From Podarcis melisellensis (taxonomy: Eukaryota), in assembly GCA_964234715.1 (NCBI GenBank), contig OZ174292.1: a stretch of DNA of 64,000 bases; one strand, written 5' to 3'. Position numbers and translations under genes: made by a program. Position 1 is the stretch's first letter. Each line of letters opens with the position of its first letter. Below the pieces are notes generated by a model. The model was not told where the DNA came from, searched no databases, and worked only from the letters and a program-made list of their open reading frames with translations. Of the stretch, positions 49,430 to 63,466 are shown piece after piece.

Positions 49430-52400
49430 TTATAAAGGCTTCATTGATTATTTTTTTAAAGCAGTACAGCCATTTCTTATTTTGCTTCAAGACAACCCAC
49501 CAGGAGAAAGCAAAAAGGACCAATAACTGCCTTATAATGCATCCTTTGTTATTAAACATCTTGCTTGGCTGGTATTGACATGCAATTCTTTAAGGAATAA
49601 AAATAATTGACTACAAATTGTCCAATGTCAAACACATTACTTGCTTTGCCATGAAATGGTGTGATCTTTTCACAAAGTTGCAGCAAAGCTTTCGGAGGCA
49701 TCTGAAAAACTTGGAGGGATATCCTTGGATACTTGACAAATCTCTGCATTCCCTGGTGACTTCTTCCTCTCCAAGGCTATTTAATCACTGACAATGTGAA
49801 TGCACATAAATATTGCTACCGGAGAGTGGTAGTCACTAATCTTCTGCAAGTGTGAATGTCTTTTTATCTCTGCCAATAAGCAGGAAGTGTTAAAGGCTGA
49901 CAATGTTAGGCCATTTGCTATAGGCTCTTACCAAAGAAACCTACATTAGATAACAAATTATAAGATGTGAAGCCTTTACCTTGGGAATTGCTGATAAGGT
50001 TTGACTTGTGCCATGCTGAAGTACTACTCTAATGCATTTGCATGACCTTTCCATTTCCTTCTTGGCTCACAAAGAACACTCTAGAGGGCCCTTTCTCATA
50101 TAAACAAGCACACAACAAAGATAATCTATCTTGCATACTAATAGGGTGGAGTAAGCAAAGAGCTTCTCTCTCTTATTTTTAATAAGGGTAATTAAATTCT
50201 ATCCATTCCTCTTATGCACAGAACCTCTCCAAATACACGCTCGTCATTAAATTTTCATGAGAAACATCACAATGTAACAGATTCAAATAGTCAGAGCTGT
50301 TATACTTTGACAGTTGTGGCTTATTTCCAATCTGGCTGTCAGGTATTTGGCAATAAAACCCAGTATTCAACATAAAACGGACTGGGGAAAATAATGGAAT
50401 TTGTAATTGGAATGCTTATCTCAGTGGGTGTAGTTTATAAGACGTTAATTGCTTTCTGTTCTACTTTAAATTTATTAGTTATTTCTACAAAACCTGTCTT
50501 TCCAGTTTGATGGCACCATGTTTGACAGATCATCAAACAAGATGAACAATCACATCAATCAGCAATTATACTACAGCCACATATAGTTTTTTGGGGTTGG
50601 GTGAGGGGAATAGCTAGTAATCAATACATTTTAAATTTTAAACATTAACATGAAGTGAAGAGAAAAAACATTTTGTCTTCTTCACTTGTTTGTACATTAC
50701 TGTCATCATTAGGATTTTAACTACAATGTCCACCACTTTTCATTTTAATGTTGTCATGCTGAATTAGCTAGTAATTCATCAACAATTTAAATCAGACCTG
50801 ACCTTCCCAGAGCCATATGACAGTGTCATTTTTACAGGCCATTAAAGGGCAGATTACTGTGCTCAGGGAGCAATATGAGTAATGTACGTATTTGTTTATG
50901 GTGGCAGCTACAAGAAATTTGGAAACATGACATATTCTTAGCATTTGCAAGGTGTCTTGCTAGTAAATATGTTCTGCTACTAAATTTCTAATTCAGTTCC
51001 AGGGATGTATCCGTAGCAGTCCATCAAGCTGAAGAGTTCCGAGGATGAATTTTGAACCAGATTAAGAATCTTTAAGGGAAAACACCACAACACTGTCTTG
51101 CATGGGGTTCAGCTGTGTTTATATTATGTTTTCAGAAGGTGTGCTCCACAGTTTTTTAACAGACTTATCTCTTATCCAAACACAAGAAATTAGTACCCAA
51201 ACCTCGCTATACACATCACAGATTCAAATATCCAAACAGCTGGACCTGTGTGTAGTACTGTAAACAGATAAGAAGCCTTAAACAAATCTTACTTTTTTGT
51301 GTTTTGCTGGTCTACCGCAACTGTTTCACCAGAAACCATGGTGGAAGGGAGGAAGGGGAAGAGCTCAGACCCGCTAAGAGAGAATTTCTTACTTCCTTGT
51401 TTGCCTTTTGCAAGGTTTTACAGGCTTTCCCTGGGGTTTTCCAGGTTGCCTGCTCACTTTGGGGTCAACATTCCATGGTTGGGAATGCATTAGAAATTTT
51501 CCCATAGGAAACCAGTCACCAACTCTTTAAGCCATGGGCAGGCAAACTAAGGCCTGGGGGCCAGATTCGGCCCAATTGCCTTCTAAATCCGGCCCGCAGA
51601 TGGTCTGGGAATCGGTGTGTTTTTACATGAGTAGAATGTGTCCTTTTATTTAAAATGTATCTCTGGGTTATTTATGGGGCATAGGAATTCATTCATATAT
51701 ATTTTTCAGAATATAGTCCAGCCCCACAAGGTCTGAGGGACAGTGGACCGGCCCCCTGCTGAAAAAGTTTGCTGACCCCTGAATGTTTGCACAACAAATG
51801 GTTTTCTGGGAATGTATTGTGTTCAGATAGCAAGACCTGCATGCACTGACAATGCTATGCAGAAATCATTTACTTGGTGCATTTGTAATTTACAGAACCT
51901 TATCTGCCTTCACAATCTAATTTGCAGCTTTAGTCAATAAATGCACAGACTAGATTCTCCCAATCTACACAAAAACAAATATTGAACAAGGCAGTGATTC
52001 AGTCCCCACCGATTCTTTATAAAGGTTGAAACTCACTGCAAATTTTGAATGCATAAAAGGTCTGCTCAGATTATCCAGAAGGTAAATGTTCTTCAGGTAT
52101 GTGACCACGTATTTGAGCTTTTCGAACTCTGCTACTTCCCAGTTTTTCTCCTTCCTTCAGTTTGGGCAGAAAAATTGGAAGATGTAGCTTTTTTTAAAAA
52201 AAGTGTTGACATGCAAAAGGCTCACTAAAACTTCTGGTTTTCACACTTCCAGGTACCCAAAGGGAAACTCACACAGCAGTTATGCAATCGGTCTCCATAC
52301 CCTGTAAGTACATTACACATTGTTGCTGAGATTGCGTTCCCTCTGAAGAATGAGATACAGATGTTGGAGGTACTGTACTCCTGGATACATTTTTGACTCT

Positions 52401-53629
52401 AGAGGCCCAAATATCCAGAGGTTAGAAGTATATTCTACCAGCTTTATCTGTTTCACCAGCTGCATTGATTACTGGACATTAGCAACCACAAGACTGGATT
52501 ACAGTGGTACCTCAGGTTACATACGCTTCAGGTTACATACGCTTCAGGTTACAGTCTCCGCTAACCCAGAAATAGTGCTTCAGGTTAAGAACTTTGCTTC
52601 AGGATGAGAACAGAAATCGTGCTCCTGCGGCACGGCGGCAGTAGGAGGCCCCATTAGCTAAAGTGGTGCTTCAGGTTAAGAACAGTTTCAGGTTAAGAAC
52701 AGGCCTCCGGAACGAATTAAGTACTTAAGCTGAGGTACCACTGTGCTGCAATGTGTTCTGTGAGGGGAAGGATCATTTGATATCCATGTCAATCCAAGCT
52801 TTCACTGTTATTGGCCCAGTCTTGAAGACTGCTCTTCCAATAGAAAATCAGCAGGCATCTCCAGCACTGATTTTTAAATTTTGCTGAAATCTTTTCTATG
52901 GTGCCAGTCTTATGTGCACAATTAAAGAAGCAATTCTGTTACAATTACCCAGTTATCTTTGCTATTGCTTTTTTTTGTAGGATATATAGATAGAAAGATA
53001 GATATCATACAATGCTTCTGTGTTTTTTTATGAAATTGTAGTATTTAAGTATTTTTATGAATCAAAGAAATTACGTATCATTCCAACCACTTTACTAAAA
53101 TGCACTGCGAAAACATGAGGAGACAATGAAGCTACCCATATATACTACTAAAAGAAATTGCCATCCATCTATCACACACTATTGTTATACTCTAGACAGC
53201 AATCTGGCTCTGACCCTTGTTGCAAACTCCCACTTGAGGCTCTCACCAAAGGGGGGGGGGAATCAAACTGTGCCCCAACTCACTAGTACCTCCTTCCCTC
53301 TCAACCAGTAGTGGCCTCAGATGTTCTAATCCACATAACCCACACTCCACAAAGAAATAATAAAGCAATGATTGCCGCAATCGCAAAGGTAGAACACAAA
53401 AGGACAACCACCTCTTTGGGTAACTTTAGGGTAGCACATCTCAGTAATGATGGCTTTGTGGGCTTTCTGTCCAAATGTCAATTAACAATTATATCTAGTC
53501 TACCAGCTCCATCTGGTACGCAGGATGAGATCCTAGCTGCCTGCAGATTGTCTCACCAGAGTGGTACTTTGAGTGTAATACTTTTAATCATTTCCCTCCA
53601 AGGAGTTCAATACAGAGGACTCTGAACCC

Positions 53630-53950
53630 ACAGAACCACAGAATTACAGGTCATCTAGTCAAATTCCCTGAAATGCAGGAATCACAGCTAAAATATCCAT
53701 GATAGATGGGCACCCAACATCTGCTTAGAAACCTCAAAGGAAGGAGAGTTCACCACTTTCTGAGGGAGTCCGTTCCACTTTTGAACAGCTCTACTATCAG
53801 ATAGTTGTTCCTAATGTTTAGTAAGAATCTCCTTTCTTGTATCTTGAATCCATTGGTCCAGGTCCTACCCTCTGGAGCAGCAGAAAACGATCTTAGCTCC
53901 ATCTTCTGTGTTACAGCCCTTGGACAATGACTATACAGATCCTCTCAGTC
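53630..53950 (-). mobile_element. CR1-like LINE 3' fragment
   Basis: ttctgtg repeat tail and CR1-type 3' sequence. Confidence 0.55.
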
Positions 53951-54563
53951 TCCTATCAACCCTGTTAGGCTGAGAACCTCACTGCTAGGTGAGAATTTGA
54001 GGCTGGGTGTCCCACAAGTCCTAGTCCAAGTTTCTAACCACTTACAGAACTCTGGGTGTCACTACACTGAATGCATGGATGTCTTTTTGTTGATATGGAA
54101 GAATGGGTAGAAAAAACAAGATAAAAGAAAAGTGATTAGGAGTACCTAAAATGAAAGTTAAAATGTGTTTGAGGTAGCTTCTCTAATTTGAATGATACTA
54201 GTACCTCTAGTTTGCATGTTATTACCCATTCTACTTCTGCTCACATTCATGGAAACGGTTTCTGCATAAAGTGCTGTAGCCAGCAATTAAGAGCCTTTGT
54301 TTGCATTAGCTTTTGTTTGCACCAGTGTCCTTCTGCAAGTTTTGAATTAAAGTAACAAATGATTAAGGCAGTCATTTGTGATAAAATACAAACAGAAGAC
54401 AGAGCACAAAGCATGTTCTAGTCCGGGTGGGGAAAGCAACAATTTTGCTTCTTCTAGCAATTGATATTAGGATTATTATTTTTCTGCTCTGATGTCTCAC
54501 ATACAAAGCAGTACCTGAAATAAATATTGGGCTGAAGGAGGATTTTAAGGTTGAATATGGATA

Positions 54564-54879
54564 CAGGGCCGTCTCACCCATAGGGGCTAGGGGTGCGGGT
54601 CACGTGGGTCCTGGGCTCTCAGGGGCGCCAGGCCAAGAGTCTGGGGCTGAGCATTGGAGTCCATGGAAGAGCTCGCCAGTCGGTCAAAGTGCCACAGTGG
54701 GCTCTTCTGCTGTGGGCGGCTCTGTGCCGCAAGTTCAGGGGTGACCAAGCCAGCGAGACACAGGCTGCTGGCTGGTTCCTTCCTAGTGCGCACCTGGGAC
54801 TGGGCAACGGGGTGTGTGTGTGTGTGCACGCCGGGCAGATCTTTGCACCCCGGTGCCACATATGCTTAAGATAGCCCTG
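54564..54879. mobile_element. GC-rich hAT-type MITE
   Basis: TIR CAGGGC.GTCT; perfect 8-bp TSD tatggata. Confidence 0.8.
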
Positions 54880-56740
54880 TATGGATATTGGCTGTCAGAT
54901 TCCTCCAAGAAAACCTGAATATCTGTCCTTCACAATCAAGGCACTAAACTTGAGGGCACTAAAATGTGCTACCCAGGGCTATTTTTTTCCAGAAGAAAGA
55001 GGTGCCAGAACACCTCCCCCATTCCCTTAATGGCAATGGTGCCCACCTGAGAGGTTAGAAAAATGGGTTCTCACGAGTTCCAGCTGAAAAAGGCCCTGTT
55101 ACCCAAATGCAAGATACCTGTGCAGTTAGCATAAATCAGTCATGAACTCCAACAGACAGACTTTTTGCTAAGAATGTACAAATCTGCATGATCAAAAGAA
55201 ATGCATTAAGTAATAGGAATTATGTGTTCGCTGTCCAAAAGCCCTTGATAGTTACTATGTAACTAGAACACTGAACTTGCAGAAATCAGCAGTATTAAGG
55301 AACCGCCCCTGAAAAATAATAACTTTAAAAGTTACATCTGATAACCCTAATAAAGCATATATATTCCAAATTTCTGGCAATAATTCTTTCTAACAGACAA
55401 AAATTACCCAGAAACTATACACAACAGCAAGGGTGCAAAACAGAGACGAGGTGCAAGAGGCAAGGAAATGAAATATAGATGTAAACAGATTGTTATTATT
55501 CATAGTCTGCTGTGTGAAGTGTTTATTTCATATGTAATTGTATTATTTTTAAATTGTTCTGCACCATTTTGATACATTTTATGAAAGGCAGTCCTGAAAT
55601 CTTTTAATAGACAAATAATACCTTTGAAATCGTCGATGCTACTCAGGTTCACATTGTAGTAAAATGCCCTGCAGTGTACGCGTTCTCTATTAGGGTTAAG
55701 TATTCCGCCTGCTAAACTTCAATGTAATAAAGGCTCATTTGAAATAATGGGAGGCTCACCGGTGTACATGGTTGAGAGTGGTATAAATTATTCATGACAG
55801 ATTTCATGGTCAAATTGTAATCATATTGGAAATTTCACAGTTTGTTATGGATTAACCGGAGAAAGCAAATGCATAATGTGGACATGGATGCCTTTCCCAG
55901 AGAACAGTGTGGCATTGTAAAAAGAAAAAAAAAAAAAGAAAAACCCACAAAGAGTTGAAGCATCTATTTTTAAGTGAAGTATGTTAGTTATTCAGAGCAC
56001 TAAAAACTCCCCACCGCCGCTGCCACCAACATCACCATTTTTAATCTAGCAGCTGCTTCTCAACTGTTTCTGACAGGAACCAAAATAAACCTGACAAGAT
56101 CACGTTTTAATATATTTTGCATTAAAAATGCATCAGAAACACACTGGCCAGATACCACCACCTTGCCTGCCTGCCTTTCTGCATTGCCTTGAGGAAAGAG
56201 AAGGTTCAATTTCTGGTCATTCTTTCCATAACTCCAGTGGCACCATCTTGAGGTCTGTCAAAGCAGCAATTTCCGCCTCTGGAGAAAGGACCAGAGAGTA
56301 CTGCATCCCACAGCAGTTCTCTAGCAGCCCATTAAAGAATGATTCTGGTTTTGTTTGTTTCCCCGCCCCCCCCCTCTCCCTAAGAGAGTTGCTTCTTTCT
56401 TAGAAATAAGAATGCTGACTTGCTAGGCTTCTTACAAAAAGCAGGTCTCAAGTGTCAAAAAATAAAGAGGACAGAATCCAAGAGTGATCCAAAACAAAAC
56501 AAATCCCCTATGTGGAATGCATCCAGAGCATGGGTAGGCAAACTAAGGCCCAGAGGTCGGATCCAGCCCAATCAGCTTCTCAATCCGGCCTGTGGACAGA
56601 CTAGGAATCAGCATGTTTTTACATGAGTAGAACGTGCCCTTTTATTTAAAATGCATCTCTGGGTTATTTGTGGGGCATATGAATTTGTTCAATTTTTTTC
56701 TTCAAAATATAGTCCAGCCCCCCAAAAGGTCTGAGGGACA

Positions 56741-56895
56741 GGGACAACAGAGGACGAGATGGTTGGACAGTGTTCTCGAAGCTACTAATTTGAGTTTGAC
56801 CAAACTGCAGGAGGCAGTGGAAGACAGCAGTGCCTGGCTTGCTCTGGTCCATGGGGTCACAAAGAGTCGGACATGACTAAATGACTTGACAACAA
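56741..56895 (+). mobile_element. BovB 3' end fused to a truncated hAT MITE (~56528-56740)
   Basis: QRTRWLDSVLEATNLSLTKLQEAVED...HGVTKSRT; similar to the reverse complement of 61321-61470. Confidence 0.85.
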
Positions 56896-57370
56896 TAGAA
56901 GGGCCCTGCGGGACTTGACATCTTTCCGCAGGGCCTGAAAGACAGAGCTGCTCCGCCTTTGGTCAGGGCACAGCCTGACTCCCTCCTTTGGCAATCTTCT
57001 CAGAACTCTAGCCCAATGGTTGCCATCAATTTGATTTGAAGTATTTTTTTAATGAAATGATTTTAGAATGTTGTATTATTTTATTGTTGTTAGCCGCCCT
57101 GAGCCCGGCTTCGGCTGGGGAAGGCGGGATATAAATAAAAAATTATTATTATTATTATTAACAACAACTGACCAATCATGTCAGTTCTGCTCCCCAAACC
57201 AAGTCCTGCCTCCCCCCACAAAAATCCTGGCTACACCATTGCATGGCAGGGTCATCAAATGCTATAAAAAGGGCAGACTATTCTTGACAACACGTTTAAA
57301 GCTTTTCATACATCCTCTTTAGCACACTTAAATTGCACGCTGATGCACAATAAAAGAAGTGAAACCAATC

Positions 57371-57580
57371 NNNNNNNNNNNNNNNNNNNNNNNNNNNNNN
57401 NNNNNNNNNNNNNNNNNNNNNNNNNNNNNNNNNNNNNNNNNNNNNNNNNNNNNNNNNNNNNNNNNNNNNNNNNNNNNNNNNNNNNNNNNNNNNNNNNNNN
57501 NNNNNNNNNNNNNNNNNNNNNNNNNNNNNNNNNNNNNNNNNNNNNNNNNNNNNNNNNNNNNNNNNNNNNNNNNNNNNNNN
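57371..57580. other. N-gap (210 nt) in non-repetitive intronic sequence
   Basis: N run. Confidence 0.9.
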
Positions 57581-59579
57581 ATATATAATTCATGCTTCTT
57601 TGTAGCTTATTAAACTCTGAGCGCACCCAGTAATTTACTGTTTGGAATACGAAGGAAAACTTCACGTTTTTCAGCCGTTGTTGCTTTCAGTTTATACTTT
57701 ATATGTTCTGTTCACTTAGGAAAGCCGTCTGTCTGGACCGCTTACCATGATGAATTAGCACCCTTCCTGAGGAAGTATTTCAAACCTTTTGACTTCTCCT
57801 GGCAAACTCTTGGTATTACCTCAAGATCACCGCAGGTACAAGACCATAAATACTGTTATTAGATGGTGCCCCATCCTACCACTTTCTCATATTCCCACCA
57901 CGCTGCCTTGGAGAAGCTCACTGGCAAGTTAACCTCAAACAGCAGGAGTAAGATTATTGTATTTACTTCTGATTGGGAAGAAAATAATAGCTCTTAGTTT
58001 CAACAGTCTTTATAACGGAGTGTGAAGCAGCAGGAAGCCGCTGATACAAGGAATTTTAAAAGCTACCTAGATGACCGGCTTAAATAAAATAAGAAAGAAA
58101 GGTGAAAAACGGAAGAGGGAGGAAATCTAGCGTTACAAGTTTGGAGAGGTGGGTAGGCTGGAATTCTGAGATCCTTCTAATTCCTGGATCCAGCACAGAT
58201 TCAATTCCTGGCTAGCTTCCTGGTGAGGTAATAGCCTTCTAATTTTGAACTATTAAAATAACAAAGGAAGCGGCTCTGTGTCGGACAGCAAGTGGGTGGG
58301 CCCTGGGTTCCACTGTATATCTTGTTCATGTTGAGAAAGCTGATATATTAATACACAACCTAATTAGATGGGGCAATTGCAGTTAATTGTTTATTGGGAT
58401 CTTGCTGGAAGGGTGGACGTGAAGGTGAACCCTCTGTCCCTTTTCAGGATTTTTCTTTTAAAAACTTTCCCCTCCCATTAGTAAACATGGGGAGAGAAAT
58501 AAGTGGAACCAAATGATGCCAACTTCCTGTTTACTTCCTGATTTAGGTGTGTACCAGCAGATGGGGCAGGCGTTGGGTCTTTTATATCCCAACATTCTTC
58601 ATGTCCTCCTGCAACATGCCTTCAAATCACCCCATCATGTACTCTTTTCAACCTAACCATGTTTGGGAATCCAACATCAGCAAACCAAGTACAGTGGTAC
58701 CTCAGGTTAAGAACTTAATTCGTTCCGGAGGTCCGTTCTTAACCTGAAAGTGTTCTTAACCTGAAGCACCACTTTAGCTAATGGGGCCTCCTGCTGCCGC
58801 TGCGCCGCCCAATTTCTGTTCTCATTCTGAAGCAAAGTTCTTAACCCAGGTACTATTTCTGGGTTAGCAGAGTCTGTAACCTGAAGTGTCTGTAACCCGA
58901 GGTACCACTGTATGGCAAATCAGGGCCGGATTTAGGTTTGATGAGGCCCTAAGCTACTGAAGGTAATGGGGCCCTTTATATGTCCAGCTGTCCTTTGTCG
59001 ACAACAAATTGTCACTGTTTTTTGTGTTGAATATATGCTATACTGTATGGTAATTTATGGACCTAATAGGTGTCTAAAGCACATGCAGAATGTAGGCACC
59101 ATATATATAGAAATGAGCAAACCAGTGATATTTTAGGGAGCAGGTTAGCAGGTGGGGCCCATCACTCACATTATAGGAGCCTATACAACACAAAACACTG
59201 TTGCTGTATGTAGGTTTCATTTTATTTGTTTTTAATCTTATATTTTGAAAACGTATATCCAGCTTTTTTCCCCCTTTAATTGTTTTGGGGGGGCCCAAGA
59301 GAGTGAGGCCCTAACCCATAGCTTGTTTAGCTTATACATGAATCTTGCACTGTGGCAAATGTTCCCATGGTGGTAAGCAAGGAAAATCTGAATTGGTTCT
59401 CCTTTTCAGAGGTCCCATCTGCACCATACATTTACAGCAGTTATCACAACACACTGAATGGTCATGGCTTTCCACAAAGAATATTGGGAACTGTAGCTTG
59501 TTAGGACTGCTAGGAGTTGTTAGAATCCCCCCTGTTCTCCTCACAGAGCTGCAGACTAATAGCACTACTGAGCTGCACA

Positions 59580-60228
59580 ACAGCATCAAAATGCCCATTT
59601 ACACCACAAAGAACTCATAACCCAGCTACTTTCAGCAGCCAGAAACACCATAACAAGACACTGGAGAGACCTGTCAGGAGTAAGCATGGACCAATGGTAC
59701 CAAATAGTATGGGAAACAGCCCTACTAGAAAAATTAACTAATAAACTGAAACTGACACGGGGACAAACAGAAGAAGACACCTTCACCCCGGTATGGCTCT
59801 CCTTTATCACATACACAGCCCAACAGGACAATGACAATAATCCACCAACAGCATACAAATCAATATGGCTAACCTGATCCAAAACACCCACCCACCTCAC
59901 TCACACACAAAAACAAAGATCACCACAGCCAATCACAAACAAACAATCACACCCTAGGCCAACCCCAACCTAGCACACCACTAAAGGAACACAAGTGAAC
60001 AACGCAAGCACGCTGACACCAAACTCTACATACATTAAGCATAATAGAAACACCACTACCCGACTCCACCCCCTTTCTTTTTTTTCTTTTTTTTTCTTCT
60101 CCCCCTAATGTCTCAACAAATGAAATGTTGAAAAATGAAAAATGTTACATGGGGGGCGGGGGGAATACGAGGCATTACACTTACCTCTGTAAAACAAGAA
60201 AACCCTTAATAAAATATTTATTAAAAAA
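59580..60228 (+). mobile_element. L1-like LINE 3' end (ORF2 C-terminus, 3' UTR, AATAAA, A-tail)
   Basis: QWYQIVWETALLEKLT...FTPVWLSFITY pattern typical of L1 ORF2 ends; poly(A) signal at ~60208. Confidence 0.65.
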
Positions 60229-61313
60229 AGGAAAACAAGGGGAACCCCCCTCAAAATATACTAATTTACCCATGAACACTTCGTAAGAAGCCTTCCTATA
60301 ACAATAAGTGCTATTATATGCTTTGAAAGAACTATATTTCCATAGTTTATTCTATTTTTCATTACTGTAAAGGCAGAAAAATTCAGTGACAATTTTGCCA
60401 CTGCAGAAGTTGAAATGAATACACGTGAAGGAAATAATTGTGTCCCTCTGAGCAGAGGGCATAGAACGTTGTATAGACTAGCTCTATAAAGAACAGAGAC
60501 CACAAAAAGCCCCAAATATGTTACTTTGTATACACTAAAACAGCATTACAACTTATGATACAAAGTATTCCTTCAGTATTTATACTATTAAGTGCTTTTA
60601 GAAGAATATGTTTTAATTGGTTATTCTTATTTTTATTATTTTAAAAGATGCAAGGTTGTGCTATTTTACAGTCACTCTCAGTTTAATCTATATTTTTCCG
60701 TAGTAGTTTAATAAGCTATTGTTATATTAAAACAATTTCTCCTTCAAGACTACAGAGACTATGGTTAATAAGTTATTAGGGTTTTATGGTTTGTTGTTTT
60801 GTTAAGCCAGTGATAATCACCTTCTAAAACCCCAAAACTAGGTTTTCAAGTTTAATTAGCTCTTTTAAACAGCCAGTGTCATAGTAAATGTCAATAAGAG
60901 CTTTATTTTCTTTCTACTAAAGCCATTAGCAAAATGAAACCATAAATGTGCTTGCCAGTTAAAGTGAGTTTATGAATTGTTTAAATGACAGGTGAAATTA
61001 CCCATTTCACTTTCAGATTATCAAGGGATAATTGCAGTTATCATACAAATAATATAACATGCACGGCTTCCCAGCATATTATTTTTGGGGAAATTTGGAA
61101 AGAGGCACATCACTGTGCTTAAGAACACTCAAGAATTTATGGTACCTAGATGGCAAAACATCTTGATGCTGCAGGAATCCATCCACCTCAGCCAGGATGA
61201 CTAATGGTTAGGGATGATGGGAGTACAACAAAATCAAAAGGGCCCAGAGGTTCCTCATCACTGCACTAGCCCCAGGTTTGTAACTAGAGCCTAGCCTTTT
61301 GCCTCCTTACATG

Positions 61314-61821
61314 CTGTTGATTAGTCGTTTAGTTGTGTCCGACTCTTCGTGACCCCATGGACTAGAGCACGCCAGGCACTCCTATCTTCCACTGCCTGCC
61401 TCAGTTTGGTCAAACTCATGCTGGTAGCTTCGAGAACACTGTCCAACCATCTCGTCCTCTGTCGTCCCCTTCTCCTTGTGCCCTCCATCTTTCCCAACAC
61501 CAGGGTCTTTTCCAGGGAGTCTTCTCTTCTCATGAGGTGGCCAAAGTATTGGAGCCTCAGCTTCAGGATCTGTCCTTCCAGTGAGCACTCAGGGCTGATT
61601 TCCTTCAGAATGCAGAGGTTTGATCTTCTTGCAGCCCATGGGACTCTCAAGAGTCTCCTCCAGCACCATAATTCAAAAGCATCAATTCTTCGGCGATCAG
61701 TCTTCTTTATGGTCCAGCTCTCACTTCCATACATCACTACTGGGAAAACCATAGCTTTAACTATACGGACCTTTGTTGGCAAGGTGATGTCTCTGCTTTT
61801 TAAGATGCTATCTAGGTTTGT
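61314..61821 (-). mobile_element. BovB (RTE) LINE, 3' fragment
   Basis: Open frame KAMVFPVVMYGSESWTIKK..RRRIDAFELWCWRRLLRVPW...HGVTKSRT. Confidence 0.92.
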
Positions 61822-62332
61822 CCCTCCTTATATAGTTGGGTGCAAATAATACATTTATTTGTTCCTCTCTAAGGAACTAAGCCTTGCTTGGCTAGGGACT
61901 TGTCTTCAATTTTTGTTCAAATTCCCTTAAACTTATAAGCCCAGGACATATGGATTCATATGTCGGTAACCTCACAATATGACTCCTGTAATACACTCTA
62001 ACTAGGGCTTCCTTTGTAATTGGTCTGGCGCAGAGTGCTGTGGTCAGCTTGCTGCGTGGTACACCTGGAACAGCCTTTCTCAACCTTGGGTCCCCAGATG
62101 TTGTTGGACTACAACTCCTGCGATTCCTGATCACTTGTCCCTCTCGCTAGGGATTGATGGGTGATGCAGTCCACCAACATCTGGGGACCCAAGGCTGAGA
62201 AAAGCTGAACTAGAAGCACACATGTGTGTGTTTCTGTGCTGGCGGAACATCATTTTCTACTGTTGTCTCTGTACTGTACTGATGATTGTATTTTAATATT
62301 TTGTTGGAATTTGTTGGGCGGGGTATAAATAA

Positions 62333-62378
<46 letters not shown>
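62333..62378. repeat. (TAT)n microsatellite
   Basis: Direct reading. Confidence 0.95.
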
Positions 62379-62379
<1 letters not shown>

Positions 62380-63215
62380 TGCCCTTCTTTCTACTATACC
62401 CAGTGTTTTTTTTCTGGAGGTACGCAGGGGTACGCGTACCCCTAAACATTCTGTGAATCTAACAGGAGATTCACTAATTATTTTTTTTACAATTTTTAGT
62501 TTCTTCTCTAGCATGGTGAATCGTAAGTTCTGCTGAATAGCACGGTGATTTGTCAATTCCATTGCTACCTATGATGGCTGCCTCATTTCCTGTCACAGGA
62601 TTTCCTGAGTCTCAGATGGAAGTGAGCATTTAATGTGTGAAGCAGTGAGGTAATGCATGTTCTTTGTACTTTTGTCCATTTACTTTATTTATTTTCCCGC
62701 CTTGAACTATAAAATGCTGATTTTCTTGAGTCAAAATGAGAGTATCCCTAAACATTTTTTTTAGCCCCATGGGTTTTTAATCTACATTGAAGAAAGTAGA
62801 TTTCCAGGGGGTTCTGGGTATTATTATTTTTCTGAAAAGGGGGCAGTAGGCCAGATAAGTTTGGGAATCTCTGGTCTAGTCCAGCCTCCTGCAATGAAGA
62901 AATCCTTTGCCCAATGTGGGGCTCAAACCCACAACCCTAAGATTAAGAGTCTTGTGCTCTACTGACCAAGTTATCCTCAAGACTGAAGCCTTTCGAAATT
63001 TTCTTTTTTAATACCCTGATTTTCTTTTTTATTCACTTTCGTTTTCTATATTGCTGATTTATTGATTTCAGCTTGTTTGTTCTTGTTTTCGAGATATATT
63101 GCTCGCTTCTTAGACTCAATGCTGCTTAAAGTTTTTCGAAATATTAAGCAGTTTATAAATGCTTTTAAATAAGATAAATAAATATTCAGTCTAGTGCTTG
63201 TCCTATTGTTTTTAT

Positions 63216-63466
63216 CAGGGGTCAGCAATTTTTTTCAGCAGGGAGCCGGTCCACTGTCCCTCAGATCATGTGGGGGGCCGGACTATATTCTGAAAAAAAT
63301 ATATGAATGAATTCATATGTCCCACAAATAACCCAGAGATGCATTTTAAATAAAAGGACACATTCTACTCATGTAAAAACATGCTGATTCCTGGACCGTC
63401 TGAGGGCTGGATTTAGAAGGCGATTGGGCTGGATCGGGCCCCTGGGCCTTTGTTTGCCTACCCATG
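63216..63466. mobile_element. hAT-type MITE; same family at 20514-20837, 51533-51781, ~56528-56740
   Basis: TIR CA(G/T)GGGT.(A/G)GCAA; perfect 8-bp TSD gtttttat (7/8 TSD at 20514). Confidence 0.85.
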
